Position numbers and translations under genes: made by a program. A DNA stretch of 64,000 bases from Planctomycetota bacterium (GTDB lineage Bacteria; Planctomycetota; PLA2; JAEUHO01). Below the pieces are notes generated by a model. It saw only the letters and a program-made list of their open reading frames with translations, made no database searches and was not told the DNA's origin. Position 1 is the stretch's first letter, and each line of letters begins with the position of its first letter. The stretch covers positions 96,001 to 160,000 of the forward strand of contig CBDCWP010000026.1 of NCBI GenBank assembly GCA_965223505.1. Reading direction: 5' to 3'. Shown here one piece after another: positions 49,250 to 59,043 of this stretch.

Positions 49250-50749
49250 ATGCGCACCCTCGCTTCCCTCTGCTCCCTGACACTCCTCCTCCTGCTCGCT
49301 GCCTGCGGCGGTGGCTCCGGCGGCGGCGCCGCCGGCCCGAGCAGCATCTCGTTCGCGGTCGGCATCGGCGGTGGCTCGGGAGACACCGCCGAGGCCGTTG
49401 GCGTCTTGTCGGACGGCACGACAGTGGTGGTCGGCTCCTTCCGGGACACCGCGGTCTTCGGGCAGGGCGAGACGAACCAAACGAGCCTCACCTCCGCAGG
49501 CGTGAGCGATGTCTATGTCGCTCGCTACGACGCCGCGATGCACCTCATGTGGGTACGTCACATCTACGGGCCGGCGAACGATCAGGGGCTCGCGATCGCC
49601 GTGACGTCGAGCGACGCCATCCTTGTCGCCGGTTCCTATCGGCAGGCGCTGACGTTCTCTCTCGGCGAGCCGAACCCCGTCACGCTCCAGTCGAATGGCT
49701 CGAGCGACACGAACGGGTTCCTGGCCCGCTTCTACGCCGACGGCTCGCTTGACTGGGTCCAGGACATCACGGGTTCCGGCATCCAGGCCGTGCAGGGGCT
49801 CTCCGTCGCGTCCGACGGCACGGCGTTCGTGACGGGCCTATTGACCGTGGGGGCCGTCTTTGCCCCGTCCCAGTCGGGGGAGACGACGCTCCCTTCCTTC
49901 GGCGCGGAAGACGCCTTCGTGGCGAGCTACGACGTGAACGGGCAGCTGCTCTGGGCGAAGCTCGCCGGGGGTACCGGCAACGAGTGGGGCGAGGCGGTCG
50001 GCGCTCATCCCGCCGGCGGGTGCGTGGTCACCGGCTCGTTCAGTGGCTCGGCCATCTTTGGGTTCTTCGAGGTCAACAACACCGTTTTGACATCCGCAGG
50101 AGGCGACGACGCCTTCATCGCGCGATTCGATTCCACCGGCGACCTCCTCTGGGCGAAGCGCGCGGGCGGCCCCATGGCGCAATCCGGCCGATGCATCGCA
50201 ACGACGCCGAACGGCGCCATCTACGTGACCGGCGACTTCGAGAGCACGATGGTCTTCGCCCCCGGCGAGACCTCCTCGACGGTGCTCAATGCCATCGGTA
50301 CGGCGGATGTATTCCTCGCGCGCTACCTTTCGGACGGGAGCATCGACTGGGCAACGCAGGTTGCAGGCTCCTCCGGCGCCTTCGGGAAGGCCGTCGCCAC
50401 GCGGCCGGACGAGTCGATCGTCATCGGCGGTCACTTCAAAGCCAACGCGACGTTCGATCCCGGGATGGGAACGCAGACGATCCTCACGACGGGGGCGGAG
50501 CAAATCGATGCCTTCGTGGCCTGCTACACGACGACGGGGGCCGTCCAGTGGGCCCTGCGCGCGGGGGGGATGGGAACGGACCGAACTCGCGGCCTGGCGT
50601 GCCTGCCGAGTGGACACACGATGGTCGTGGGGAACTTCCAGGAGACCGCTGCATTCGGCATCGGGGACGCGACCGAGACGACGCTCCAGTCGTTCGGTGC
50701 GAGCGACGCCTTCGTGGCGCGCTTCGGACCGACAGGCGTCTTGCAGTAG
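49250..50749 (+). CDS. Beta-propeller (SBBP-like) repeat lipoprotein
   Basis: Lipobox LAAC; repeated VTGxF...DAFVARY..xG.LLWA..AGG units. Confidence 0.88.
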   Translation: MRTLASLCSLTLLLLLAACGGGSGGGAAGPSSISFAVGIGGGSGDTAEAVGVLSDGTTVVVGSFRDTAVFGQGETNQTSLTSAGVSDVYVARYDAAMHLMWVRHIYGPANDQGLAIAVTSSDAILVAGSYRQALTFSLGEPNPVTLQSNGSSDTNGFLARFYADGSLDWVQDITGSGIQAVQGLSVASDGTAFVTGLLTVGAVFAPSQSGETTLPSFGAEDAFVASYDVNGQLLWAKLAGGTGNEWGEAVGAHPAGGCVVTGSFSGSAIFGFFEVNNTVLTSAGGDDAFIARFDSTGDLLWAKRAGGPMAQSGRCIATTPNGAIYVTGDFESTMVFAPGETSSTVLNAIGTADVFLARYLSDGSIDWATQVAGSSGAFGKAVATRPDESIVIGGHFKANATFDPGMGTQTILTTGAEQIDAFVACYTTTGAVQWALRAGGMGTDRTRGLACLPSGHTMVVGNFQETAAFGIGDATETTLQSFGASDAFVARFGPTGVLQ

Positions 50750-50802
50750 CGCGCGCCGGATCGCATGCGGCGACCGCGCCGCCGAAGACCGATTCGACCC
50801 GC

Positions 50803-50828
50803 AACTCGAAGGTCTGGACGCATCCAAC
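50803..50828 (+). promoter_or_regulatory. Putative ECF promoter AAC-N14-GCATCCAAC
   Basis: CCCGCAACTC.AAGG.....ACGCATCCAAC shared with 49181-49211. Confidence 0.65.
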
Positions 50829-50864
50829 GGTAAGAGTCGGCCCCCTGCCGGCCGGAGACCTGCC

Positions 50865-52352
50865 ATGCCCATCCGCCCCCACCTCCCTGCCTTGCTCCTC
50901 GCGCTGCTCCTGGTGCCGGCCTGCGGCCTCGGCGACTTCCCGACCTTCAGCTTTCCAGGTCCGGTGCGCAAGGCCGGCAGCGCGCTCTCGGATCGGGCAG
51001 TGGACGTGGCGTGCCATGTCGATGGGTGCATCAGCGTCACGGGCACGTTCGAAGGCACCGCCACGTTCGGCGCCGGGAGAACGGCAACGACGCTCTCGGC
51101 GTCTGGGCAACGGGATGTGTTCGTTGCACGCTACGACGCGGCGATGGAGCTCGTGTGGGTCGTTCACGGCTCGGGCCCGACCTTCGCAGACAGCTACGCG
51201 ATCGCGGCGGGACCCGCGGGCTCGTGCGTCGTCGTCGGCGACTTCGACGACCAGATCACGTTCACGGGCAGCAACGGATTCGTGACGCAGACGAGCACCG
51301 GTCCGACGGATCGTGACGGATTCGTCGTGAGCATACTCGCCGACGGATCGCTCTCCTGGACGGATCACATCCACGGTGCCGACTACCAGTCGGCTCGGGG
51401 CGTCGGCTTCGCGCCGGACACGCGCCTCTACGTGACCGGTTCGATGTCCGGCACGACCGTGATCGGCGACAACCACCCCGGTGAAGAGACGCTGCTGTCC
51501 TTCAGCGAGAAGACGGACATGTTCCTCGCCTGTTACGGGGGCGACGGGCTCATCCTATGGGCGACGCAGGCCGGGGGTGTCATGGACGATGCCGGCAAGG
51601 CTGTCGTTGCTGACCCCGCAGGCGGCGCCGTCGTGGTCGGAGGGCAAAACGACAGTGCGGTGTTCGGGCTCCTCGAGCCGAACGCCACGGTGCTGTCCAC
51701 GATGGGTTCCAATGCCATGTTCGTGGCGCGATTCGCCAACGACGGCTCACTCGTCTGGGCCAAGGGGGCTAGCGGGACACTGCCGATCTTCGCCACGGAT
51801 GTGGCTCTCCTCTCGGACGGCTCGGCCGCGCTGACCGGGTCCTTCCAGGGTGCCGCAACGTTCGGCGCAGGAACGCCCCAGCAAACGACCATGAGCGCGA
51901 GCGGCACCTTGGACCTCTATCTCGCTCGCTACCTGCCCGACGGCACGCTCTCGTGGGCTGAGCAAGCCGGAGGCGACGAGTACGTCTTTGGAAACGGCAT
52001 CGCGGTGGCTCCCGGCGACGCGCTCTACGTGACCGGTGGCGTGGAGGGCACGGCAACGTTCGGCGCGGGTCAGCCGGCGCAAACGACGCTCGGTGCCGGC
52101 CTCTTCTCCGACATCTATCTCGCGCGCTACGACAGCAACGGCTCGCTCGATTGGGTACGTTCAGCCGGAGGGGGCGCCATCGACACCGCCCACGGCGTCG
52201 CGCACACCTTCAGCGGGGGCGCTGCGGTCGTCGGATCGTTCAGCATGACCGCCACATGGGGCGCGGGCGCGCTCGACGTAGCGACGCTCACCGCCGAAGG
52301 CGGCCAGGACGCCTTCGTAGCCCGTTATGACCCCAACGGCTACCTGGATTAG
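50865..52352 (+). CDS. Beta-propeller (SBBP-like) repeat lipoprotein, paralog of 49250-50749
   Basis: Lipobox VPAC; same repeat units. Confidence 0.88.
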   Translation: MPIRPHLPALLLALLLVPACGLGDFPTFSFPGPVRKAGSALSDRAVDVACHVDGCISVTGTFEGTATFGAGRTATTLSASGQRDVFVARYDAAMELVWVVHGSGPTFADSYAIAAGPAGSCVVVGDFDDQITFTGSNGFVTQTSTGPTDRDGFVVSILADGSLSWTDHIHGADYQSARGVGFAPDTRLYVTGSMSGTTVIGDNHPGEETLLSFSEKTDMFLACYGGDGLILWATQAGGVMDDAGKAVVADPAGGAVVVGGQNDSAVFGLLEPNATVLSTMGSNAMFVARFANDGSLVWAKGASGTLPIFATDVALLSDGSAALTGSFQGAATFGAGTPQQTTMSASGTLDLYLARYLPDGTLSWAEQAGGDEYVFGNGIAVAPGDALYVTGGVEGTATFGAGQPAQTTLGAGLFSDIYLARYDSNGSLDWVRSAGGGAIDTAHGVAHTFSGGAAVVGSFSMTATWGAGALDVATLTAEGGQDAFVARYDPNGYLD

Positions 52353-52697
52353 ATACCGAGCCCGTTTGTAGATACCGAGCCCGGCTTTTCTGTTTGATAT
52401 TCGATCTACGAGAGCCGCCCGGTGTGAACCCCGTAGCGCCCCGGTGAGCACGAAGCGGCCACGGAAGAGAGCCGACGATCGAGGTCGATGATCGCTAGGC
52501 AGGCCCGACGCCTGCTCAGGGGGATGGAGACACCGAGTGCGTCGGTCGCGCACCTCTCGTCGAATGTCGTGGGAGTTCACCGCACTCAGTCCCGGCGGGC
52601 CGGGAACTGATCATGAGACCAGCTGGTCTCGTTACAGCCCGGTACTCCCATACCTCGCACCGCGTGACCACCCAGGCCGCTCGTGCGATGATGGCAC

Positions 52698-53219
52698 ATG
52701 ACAACCATGACCACCCTCTTCACACGCGCTCAATACAACCTGCTTCCTGAGGGCTTCCCGGCCCAACTCGTCGAGGGCATGCTCGTCCGTGAGCCGGCGC
52801 CGACGTATGGGCACCAGTACATCGCGAGCCGCCTGCACGCCCAACTCGTGAAGCTGGTTGGCCCCGATCGTGCGCTCACGGGGCCCGTTGACGTCGTCAT
52901 CGACGAGGTCAACGTCTACCAGCCCGACTTGGTCGTGCTCGCTCGGCCGACTGATCCTGCACAAAGCAGTGTCGGCATCCCTTTGATTGCAATCGAGGTA
53001 TTGTCGCCCTCCAGTCGCAAGCGCGATCGTGAGGTGAAACGCCATCGTCTCCTGGCGGCCGGTGTGCGCGAGGTCTGGCTCGTCGACCCGCAGGTACGTG
53101 CGATCGAACGCTGGAACGTCGACGGCATGCGGGAAGCCACAGGTCGCTCTTCGTTGTCCTCCGACGCCGTCGAAGGGTTCTCATTGACACCCGACGAGCT
53201 ACTCTCGCCGCCGCGATAG
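52698..53219 (+). CDS. Uma2/DUF820 family endonuclease-like protein
   Basis: QLVEG..P...HQ, QPDLVV, IEVLSPS, GVREVWLVDP. Confidence 0.92.
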   Translation: MTTMTTLFTRAQYNLLPEGFPAQLVEGMLVREPAPTYGHQYIASRLHAQLVKLVGPDRALTGPVDVVIDEVNVYQPDLVVLARPTDPAQSSVGIPLIAIEVLSPSSRKRDREVKRHRLLAAGVREVWLVDPQVRAIERWNVDGMREATGRSSLSSDAVEGFSLTPDELLSPPR

Positions 53220-53250
53220 AGCAGAGTCGGGAGTCGTAGAATGCTCACCC

Positions 53251-53541
53251 ATGACGTCAGATTCTCATCGCGTCCGGGAGTTGGTCGATCGCGGCAGGGT
53301 TTTCGCACGAGACCTCGCCGCGTCCGTGCCCGGATACCCGATGTATCCGGCAATCCTTCGGGATTTGGATAGGATCGCGTCCTACCCGCTACCGGGGGCC
53401 GCCGCTGAGGCAAGCAGGATCGCCGACGGTCTCGGGGTCTTGGCCGCTCGGGAACTAGACGCGGCAACGGGACCGGCGGCACAGTTGGCGCAGACGCTCC
53501 ACGGCTTGTCTGGAGCGCTCCGCCGATTGCGATCAGTGTGA
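53251..53541 (+). CDS. Hypothetical protein
   Basis: 96-aa ATG ORF directly after the Uma2 gene. Confidence 0.5.
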   Translation: MTSDSHRVRELVDRGRVFARDLAASVPGYPMYPAILRDLDRIASYPLPGAAAEASRIADGLGVLAARELDAATGPAAQLAQTLHGLSGALRRLRSV

Positions 53542-53664
53542 CGTAGCGCGCGGGCTGGCGTCAGCCTATCGGGCCGCGCGCTGCAGAGTGAGTACCGAGC
53601 CGGAGCAGAGAGTCACCGACCGAGTTCACAGGCGCGAATGGTGAGTAGTTGCTCTTGCTCCGTA

Positions 53665-54069
53665 CTATGCCCTGAAGCTATCGCGAAGCGCAGTTAGGCC
53701 AGCGTCGTAGACGCCCTTGATCACGGCGATCGTGTCTTCAGGCGAATCGGCGGTCACCTCGAAGCCCGAGGCCCACTCCACGGAGCAGCCACCCTCCGCG
53801 TCCACAACCCTCAGCGTGGCAAGGTACTCGCTCAGAGGCAGCGGGCTCTCGACAATCCGGTAGGTGTAGGACCGATTGGCCTCGTCGATCTCATCGATCT
53901 GCTCATCGATAAGGGCCCCGTCAGCCAGTGTGCAAAGACGGCGGGTGCCGTCCAGCGAACTCTTGGACACGACCGGGTGCCACTCACTGATGGCGCCGGG
54001 ATCGCCGATTGCGGACCAAACTCGTTCGGGTGTTGCAGAGATGTGTGTGGACACGCTGACGGTATGCAC
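53665..54069 (-). CDS. SRPBCC/polyketide cyclase family protein
   Basis: ISATPERVWSAIGDPGAISEWHP...RSYTYRI. Confidence 0.85.
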   Translation of the reverse strand: MHTVSVSTHISATPERVWSAIGDPGAISEWHPVVSKSSLDGTRRLCTLADGALIDEQIDEIDEANRSYTYRIVESPLPLSEYLATLRVVDAEGGCSVEWASGFEVTADSPEDTIAVIKGVYDAGLTALRDSFRA

Positions 54070-54272
54070 CTGGGGCTCCTATTGGATACGAATCTCCGCG
54101 AAGTTACCTCGGAGCCCACTCGCGCCTCAAGAGCCAAACGGGTCCCATCGCATCACGCCAAGGATCAGTGCGAACGCGCGGAGCCGGGACTTGCAGCCCA
54201 CCCCCGAGCCTGCATAGATTGCGCGGCGTCGCACATTCCCCGCGATGCGGCCGCCGCGCCGAGAGGAGCAAC

Positions 54273-54689
54273 ATGAGCACGATCAGGACCCAGGCCGAGA
54301 AGTTCTTTGAGGCGTGTGAGACGGGCAAGGGCTGGGAGACATGCCACGAGTTCTGCCACCCGAATGCGAGCTTCTCCTGCCAGGCGGGCGCGTTGGCCGA
54401 CGCGAGCACGCTCGAGAGCTACACGGACTGGATGAAGGGCCTTTTCACCCCAATTCCCGACGGCAGCTACGAAGTCAAGTCGTTCGCCGTGGACGAGCAG
54501 CGGGGCAACGTCACGGCGTTCGGTGTATTCCGCGGGACGCAGACCGGAGAAGGCGGGCCGGTTCCACCCACGGGCAACAGCGTCGAATCCGAGTACGTCT
54601 ACGTCATGGAGTTCGACGGAGACCGCATCCGTCACATGACGAAAGTCTGGAACGACGCCGCGTGTCTTGCACAGCTCGGCTGGACATAG
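54273..54689 (+). CDS. SnoaL-like ester cyclase family protein
   Basis: AEKFFEACETGKGW...FRGTQTGEGGPVPPTG...KVWND; RBS GAGGAG. Confidence 0.85.
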   Translation: MSTIRTQAEKFFEACETGKGWETCHEFCHPNASFSCQAGALADASTLESYTDWMKGLFTPIPDGSYEVKSFAVDEQRGNVTAFGVFRGTQTGEGGPVPPTGNSVESEYVYVMEFDGDRIRHMTKVWNDAACLAQLGWT

Positions 54690-55336
54690 TCGGCTCAGAG
54701 CGCGCGTGCGATGCGGGACATCGTCAGAGAGCGCATGGAGATCAAGAGAATCAAACGTGGCGATCAGTCAACGCCATGCGCCTGAGACCCTCGGCCTTCC
54801 GTTCGGTCATTCCGACGCACACCTCGATTCGACCGAACCGGTTTTGTGATTTGTGAACTTCACTATGAGTGCGCACCGCATTCACTAGAGTCGAGCGGTG
54901 CGTCAGCAGTCTCTCGAATTCGTTCGAGTCCTCCGAGCAGGTTTAGCGACTCTTTGGGGAAGTGGCTGCTGGCGCACTTTTTGCCTCCGCGCAAAGCACG
55001 GACCGATGACGAGCCATGCTCCACGACGCGTGACCTCGTTGCTGATTACGAGTTTGGGGATTGACGGCACTCCAACTCAGTACTACGGTCGGATTCGCTA
55101 AACCTGCTCGGTGTCGACGAACGCGTTCGGGAGGGTTGGGGGATCTTCTCGGGCCGCTCTGAGCCGGCAGCCAAACCCACGCAAGCGTGGTCGGCCGGCC
55201 ATGGCGAAACGCCAACGGTCGAACGTGCCGTGCGTGGGCCCAGCCTGAGACGCCCTTGCACCAAACACCGTGCTCGGATGCCTCAGGTGCAAGAGAAGGA
55301 CCATTGGCGTCGCGTCTGACGCAGAGAGGAATCGCA

Positions 55337-55819
55337 ATGAGACTACGATGGGATTGGGTGTTTTTTGCAGTGAGCGTGTCCTTGACCTGTTGGGCAGGTC
55401 TTGCCGAGGCGGCCAACGAGGACTGTCAACTGGCGGTCGAGTGGGTCACGGACTCCGAAGGGAATCCGACGCACGTACGCATGGCGGTGAAGGACTACAC
55501 GCTCTTTCCGACGAACGTCACCTACGAGGGGTGTCCCGATATCATGTGCGAGGGAGAAGAGCCTGACGAATGCGCGTTGATGGTTCAGACACCGAGCACG
55601 TATCACTGCAGTTGCGGTGGTGCGGACAGCCCCGGCTGCGAGACCTACTTCACCGCGAATTCGGCGCCCTACGGCGGGAACTACTACTATGGGACCGTGT
55701 ACTGCGCGAAGAACAGCGCGTGTTCCGGTACATGCGACAAGCAAGAGTCGCTCAGCCCGTGGTACACGTCGCTCGACGGCGCCATGGCCTGGATGAAGGT
55801 CGAGTGCGTCTGCAACTGA
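55337..55819 (+). CDS. Secreted cysteine-rich protein
   Basis: RBS GAGGA, signal peptide, 12 Cys in the predicted mature part. Confidence 0.75.
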   Translation: MRLRWDWVFFAVSVSLTCWAGLAEAANEDCQLAVEWVTDSEGNPTHVRMAVKDYTLFPTNVTYEGCPDIMCEGEEPDECALMVQTPSTYHCSCGGADSPGCETYFTANSAPYGGNYYYGTVYCAKNSACSGTCDKQESLSPWYTSLDGAMAWMKVECVCN

Positions 55820-55825
55820 CCCCAT

Positions 55826-57949
55826 ATGACCCGGCGTGGAGGTCATGTCGTGTGGCTCCATAGGATCGCTCCGGTCACACTTGGAGCCGCGTGGCTCTTT
55901 TTCGGCTCTGCGAAAATGGCCTCCGGCGGGATCGCGAGGTCGCTGGAGACAGTGCTTCCGGCGACCTCCTTTGCGGTCGTACTTGCGTGGGCGCTGGCCG
56001 GGTTGGAGATCTGCCTGGCGCTCACGCTCCTATTCGCCCCCCGTGGCCCCGCACGCTTCGCCGCGCTCGGATCCGGACTGTTGGCGATCGTGTTCGGCGT
56101 CTTCGTGGTCTCTTCCGAGCCGCAAAGCTGCTGGTGCGCGGGACGCGTAGTCGCCTTCGACGTCGTCGAGCACTCCTTGGTCGTCGCAGCACTCGCGCTT
56201 CTTTCGGGACTGGCGTGGCGAGCTCTCGACCACGGGGAGAGGGCGCTGCGCGCCCGAGCCGTTTCAGGGGTCGCGGTCGCGGGAGCGATCGCACTCTGGC
56301 TCGTCTGGGCTCCGGCATCGAACGACGATTCACACGCGACGGCTGCTGCCGACGCCGGCGCCGCGACGGCATCACCCACGTCCGAACGACCGCTGTTGAT
56401 TTCGCCGGATCCAGCGAAGGCGTCCGACGCATTGACCGAGGGGAACGGCCCGACGGACGAAACGGCTGGGATTCACGGCTTCGTCGTCTCCGCTACCGAC
56501 GCCTCCCCCGTCGCCGGCGCAATCGTGCTGGAGCAGGTCGACGACGACGCGGTCGCCTCGCGAAGCGGTGAGGACGGATCGTGGTCGATGCAGCGTGCCG
56601 CCGGCGATCGCGCCGTGGGCGTTCGACTCGCCGCGTGGGCACAGGGATACCTGCCGTACGTCGCGGCCGACGCCGTCATCCCCACCGACGCACCGATCTT
56701 CATCCGTCTCGAACAAGGCAAGACCATCTCCGGGAAGACCATCGATCAGTTCGCCCGGCCTCTTCCTGATGCACGTGTCGTGGCGCAGGGCGCATTGGCA
56801 GCCGACTTCCTCGAAACGCCGGTGCGTGTGCTCGGCCATGGGAACGTGCCGCGCTTCGGCTCTGCCACGTCGAATGAAGACGGCGAGTTCCGGATAACCG
56901 GTTTGGCGCACGGTACGTACCGCCTCTTCGTGTATCCGGAAGGCGACGTTCGCTCGGCGATGGCCACGGGCGGGGTCGAGGTCCGTGCGGGCGAGGCCGA
57001 CGTCGTCCTCACGGTCACGGTCGTTGATCGATTGCGCGTGCGGGCGGTCGACGCGAAGACAGGAGAGGTCATTCCCTACGCGGACATTCAGATCAGCATC
57101 CGGAAGTGGGATCAGAAGAGTCTGCCGCACCCCGACCCGGCCGTTCGAACAGAGCTTCGCGCGGGAAGCGCCTACCCGTTTTCCGGATCGACGTCGATTG
57201 CGATGGCGGCACGGGATGCCGATCGCCCTTGGACGATCGAGGTGACCGCACAGGCGGTTGGGTATGAACGCAAGCGAGTGAGCGCGGCGTTGCGCGCCCG
57301 AGATGCGGACGCCCCGTTGGACGTTGCGTTGTCAGCGACGGACGGGCTCGGCGTCGAGATGATCCCGGTGACGGCCGTCTGGTCGAGCGGCCGGGTGTTC
57401 GACGGCATCTTGGATCTTCGGGTCGGCTCGCCCGCGAATCGACGTGGCTGGCCGCAGATTCCGATGGCGTTCCGCGACGGACGCGCCGTCGGACGCCTGC
57501 CCGTACCGCGTGGCAGTGCGGTCGTCGAAGTCCGGGGGATGCGTGGCTCGCCGTACGGTGGCCCGGGCGTCGAGCAGGAGATTCGCCTCGTGCCGTCCGA
57601 CGGCATCGCAACGCCGAGGCACCTCGATCTCGTCCTGAAGGGAGCCGAGCTTCGCATTCGTGCGCGGGCGGGCGAGCACGGTGCTCTGCTGCGACGCTTC
57701 CTGCTCAACGTCGGCTCGCGCACGAGCGGCGGACCGCAAGGCGAGTTCGGAACCGAGGGTGGTCCCTTCAGCCTCACACGCCTCGTGCGCGAGCGCTTCT
57801 CTACGGGCATCTGCCTGCCGCCGGGCAAGCATCACCTTACGCTGCGCGCGTCGGGCTTCGAACACGTGTCACGCGACGTCGAGGTCGACGGCGAAGAGGA
57901 TCTGATCCTCTGGGACGTGATCCTGCGCGCCGCCGGCGAGGACGGCTGA
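55826..57949 (+). CDS. MauE/DoxX-like membrane domain fused to carboxypeptidase-regulatory-like beta domains
   Basis: LGAAWLFFGSAK...LEICLALTLL...SCWCAG; ISGKTID..RPLPDARV; DGEFRITGLAHGTYRL. Confidence 0.75.
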   Translation: MTRRGGHVVWLHRIAPVTLGAAWLFFGSAKMASGGIARSLETVLPATSFAVVLAWALAGLEICLALTLLFAPRGPARFAALGSGLLAIVFGVFVVSSEPQSCWCAGRVVAFDVVEHSLVVAALALLSGLAWRALDHGERALRARAVSGVAVAGAIALWLVWAPASNDDSHATAAADAGAATASPTSERPLLISPDPAKASDALTEGNGPTDETAGIHGFVVSATDASPVAGAIVLEQVDDDAVASRSGEDGSWSMQRAAGDRAVGVRLAAWAQGYLPYVAADAVIPTDAPIFIRLEQGKTISGKTIDQFARPLPDARVVAQGALAADFLETPVRVLGHGNVPRFGSATSNEDGEFRITGLAHGTYRLFVYPEGDVRSAMATGGVEVRAGEADVVLTVTVVDRLRVRAVDAKTGEVIPYADIQISIRKWDQKSLPHPDPAVRTELRAGSAYPFSGSTSIAMAARDADRPWTIEVTAQAVGYERKRVSAALRARDADAPLDVALSATDGLGVEMIPVTAVWSSGRVFDGILDLRVGSPANRRGWPQIPMAFRDGRAVGRLPVPRGSAVVEVRGMRGSPYGGPGVEQEIRLVPSDGIATPRHLDLVLKGAELRIRARAGEHGALLRRFLLNVGSRTSGGPQGEFGTEGGPFSLTRLVRERFSTGICLPPGKHHLTLRASGFEHVSRDVEVDGEEDLILWDVILRAAGEDG

Positions 57950-58170
57950 CCCGGATGCAGGGTCGAGGTGTGGCGGCAGCGTGTCCCCCATCGAAGTCGT
58001 CTACGCGGCTCCGGTCGATTTAGTTCGTACGGCAGAACTCCGGTCGGCGGACCACGATGTGTTTGCGCTCGGCCCGGAGCGTGCCCAGCCACCTCCCGCT
58101 TCGTCCCGGACACGGAAAGCTGGTGATCCGAGCGCTTGGACGCTAGCCTCCGCGCACCAGGAGGAATCCC

Positions 58171-58296
58171 ATGAAGCTCGTTCGCAACATCGCCCTCGTC
58201 GCACTCGTCGTCTCGGCGTTCGCCTTCAGTGCCTGCAACAGCGGCGGAGCATGCTGCGACGCCTGCGGACAGGGCAACCCCTGCGAGTGCAGGTAG
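58171..58296 (+). CDS. 41-aa cysteine-rich lipoprotein (metallothionein-like tail)
   Basis: AGGAGG RBS; MKLVRNIALVALVVSAFAFSA-CNSGGACCDACGQGNPCECR. Confidence 0.7.
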   Translation: MKLVRNIALVALVVSAFAFSACNSGGACCDACGQGNPCECR

Positions 58297-59043
58297 CCGC
58301 ACTCACCTCGGACGGATGCTAGACAACGTGCGGTGAGGGCGCGCCGCAGTCAGCGCCCTCCCTTGCGTGCCGCGGGCCTCGCCTCTGCGTTTTCCTGCGC
58401 GGCGAACGCGCGTACGAAGAGCGAGCGTTCGTACCGGTCATGAGGATAGGCAGCCAGGTGCACGAGGGTGTCCTGATGCCAGATCCCGCTCCCGAAGACG
58501 CCCGGACCTCGGACCGTCTTCGCCTTCACGTCGGTCTCGATCACGCTCTTCCGGCGCATAGTGCCAATAGGTCGCGAGCCGAATGCTCGATGGCATGTTT
58601 CGCGTCCTCACCCGTGGCGCTTCAGGATCAGCGGAAGGACCGCCGTCGTCGAGCCTCCCCGCGTCCAGGTGGGACGTTCGCAAAGCGCAGTGCGGAACGC
58701 CATCGCTTTCCCCGAAGGTCCGCTCGGCCACCTGCGTGGCATTGGTCAGGTCCGCGGAAATGACAACGCGGCCGTGGAGGACGACGATGGTGCTTCCGTA
58801 CTACACGCCGCGGCCGGGGCCCATCTTCTGCGGCGACGCCCGCCGACATCGGTGTGAATCCCGCTCCCGAGGCGGCGGAAACACCTGGTGTGTACGCTCT
58901 ACACACCCTGCAGGCGCCACGCGCGCACCCCCGATTCTTCTGGGCTTGGCACACGTCATGCGTAGCTACGCGGCGAGAACGGACGCTCGTTCGTTGCGCC
59001 GCATCACGGCGCTCCGCGACGTCCCGAACAATGGGAGCCTGTC

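Noticed and set aside
47278..49491. 737-aa ORF as one giant sigma factor (similarly 50289-52352, 61078-62934, 61195-62727)
   Set aside because: The extensions are antisense or out-of-frame shadows of real genes in high-GC DNA; downstream starts with an RBS or signal peptide fit better.
54700..55330. Possible ncRNA or distal att site in a long intergenic region
   Set aside because: No tRNA-core or arm match and no recognisable RNA structure by eye.
58350..58559. 69-aa minus-strand ORF
   Set aside because: May be a gene remnant, but I cannot support a family or a start.
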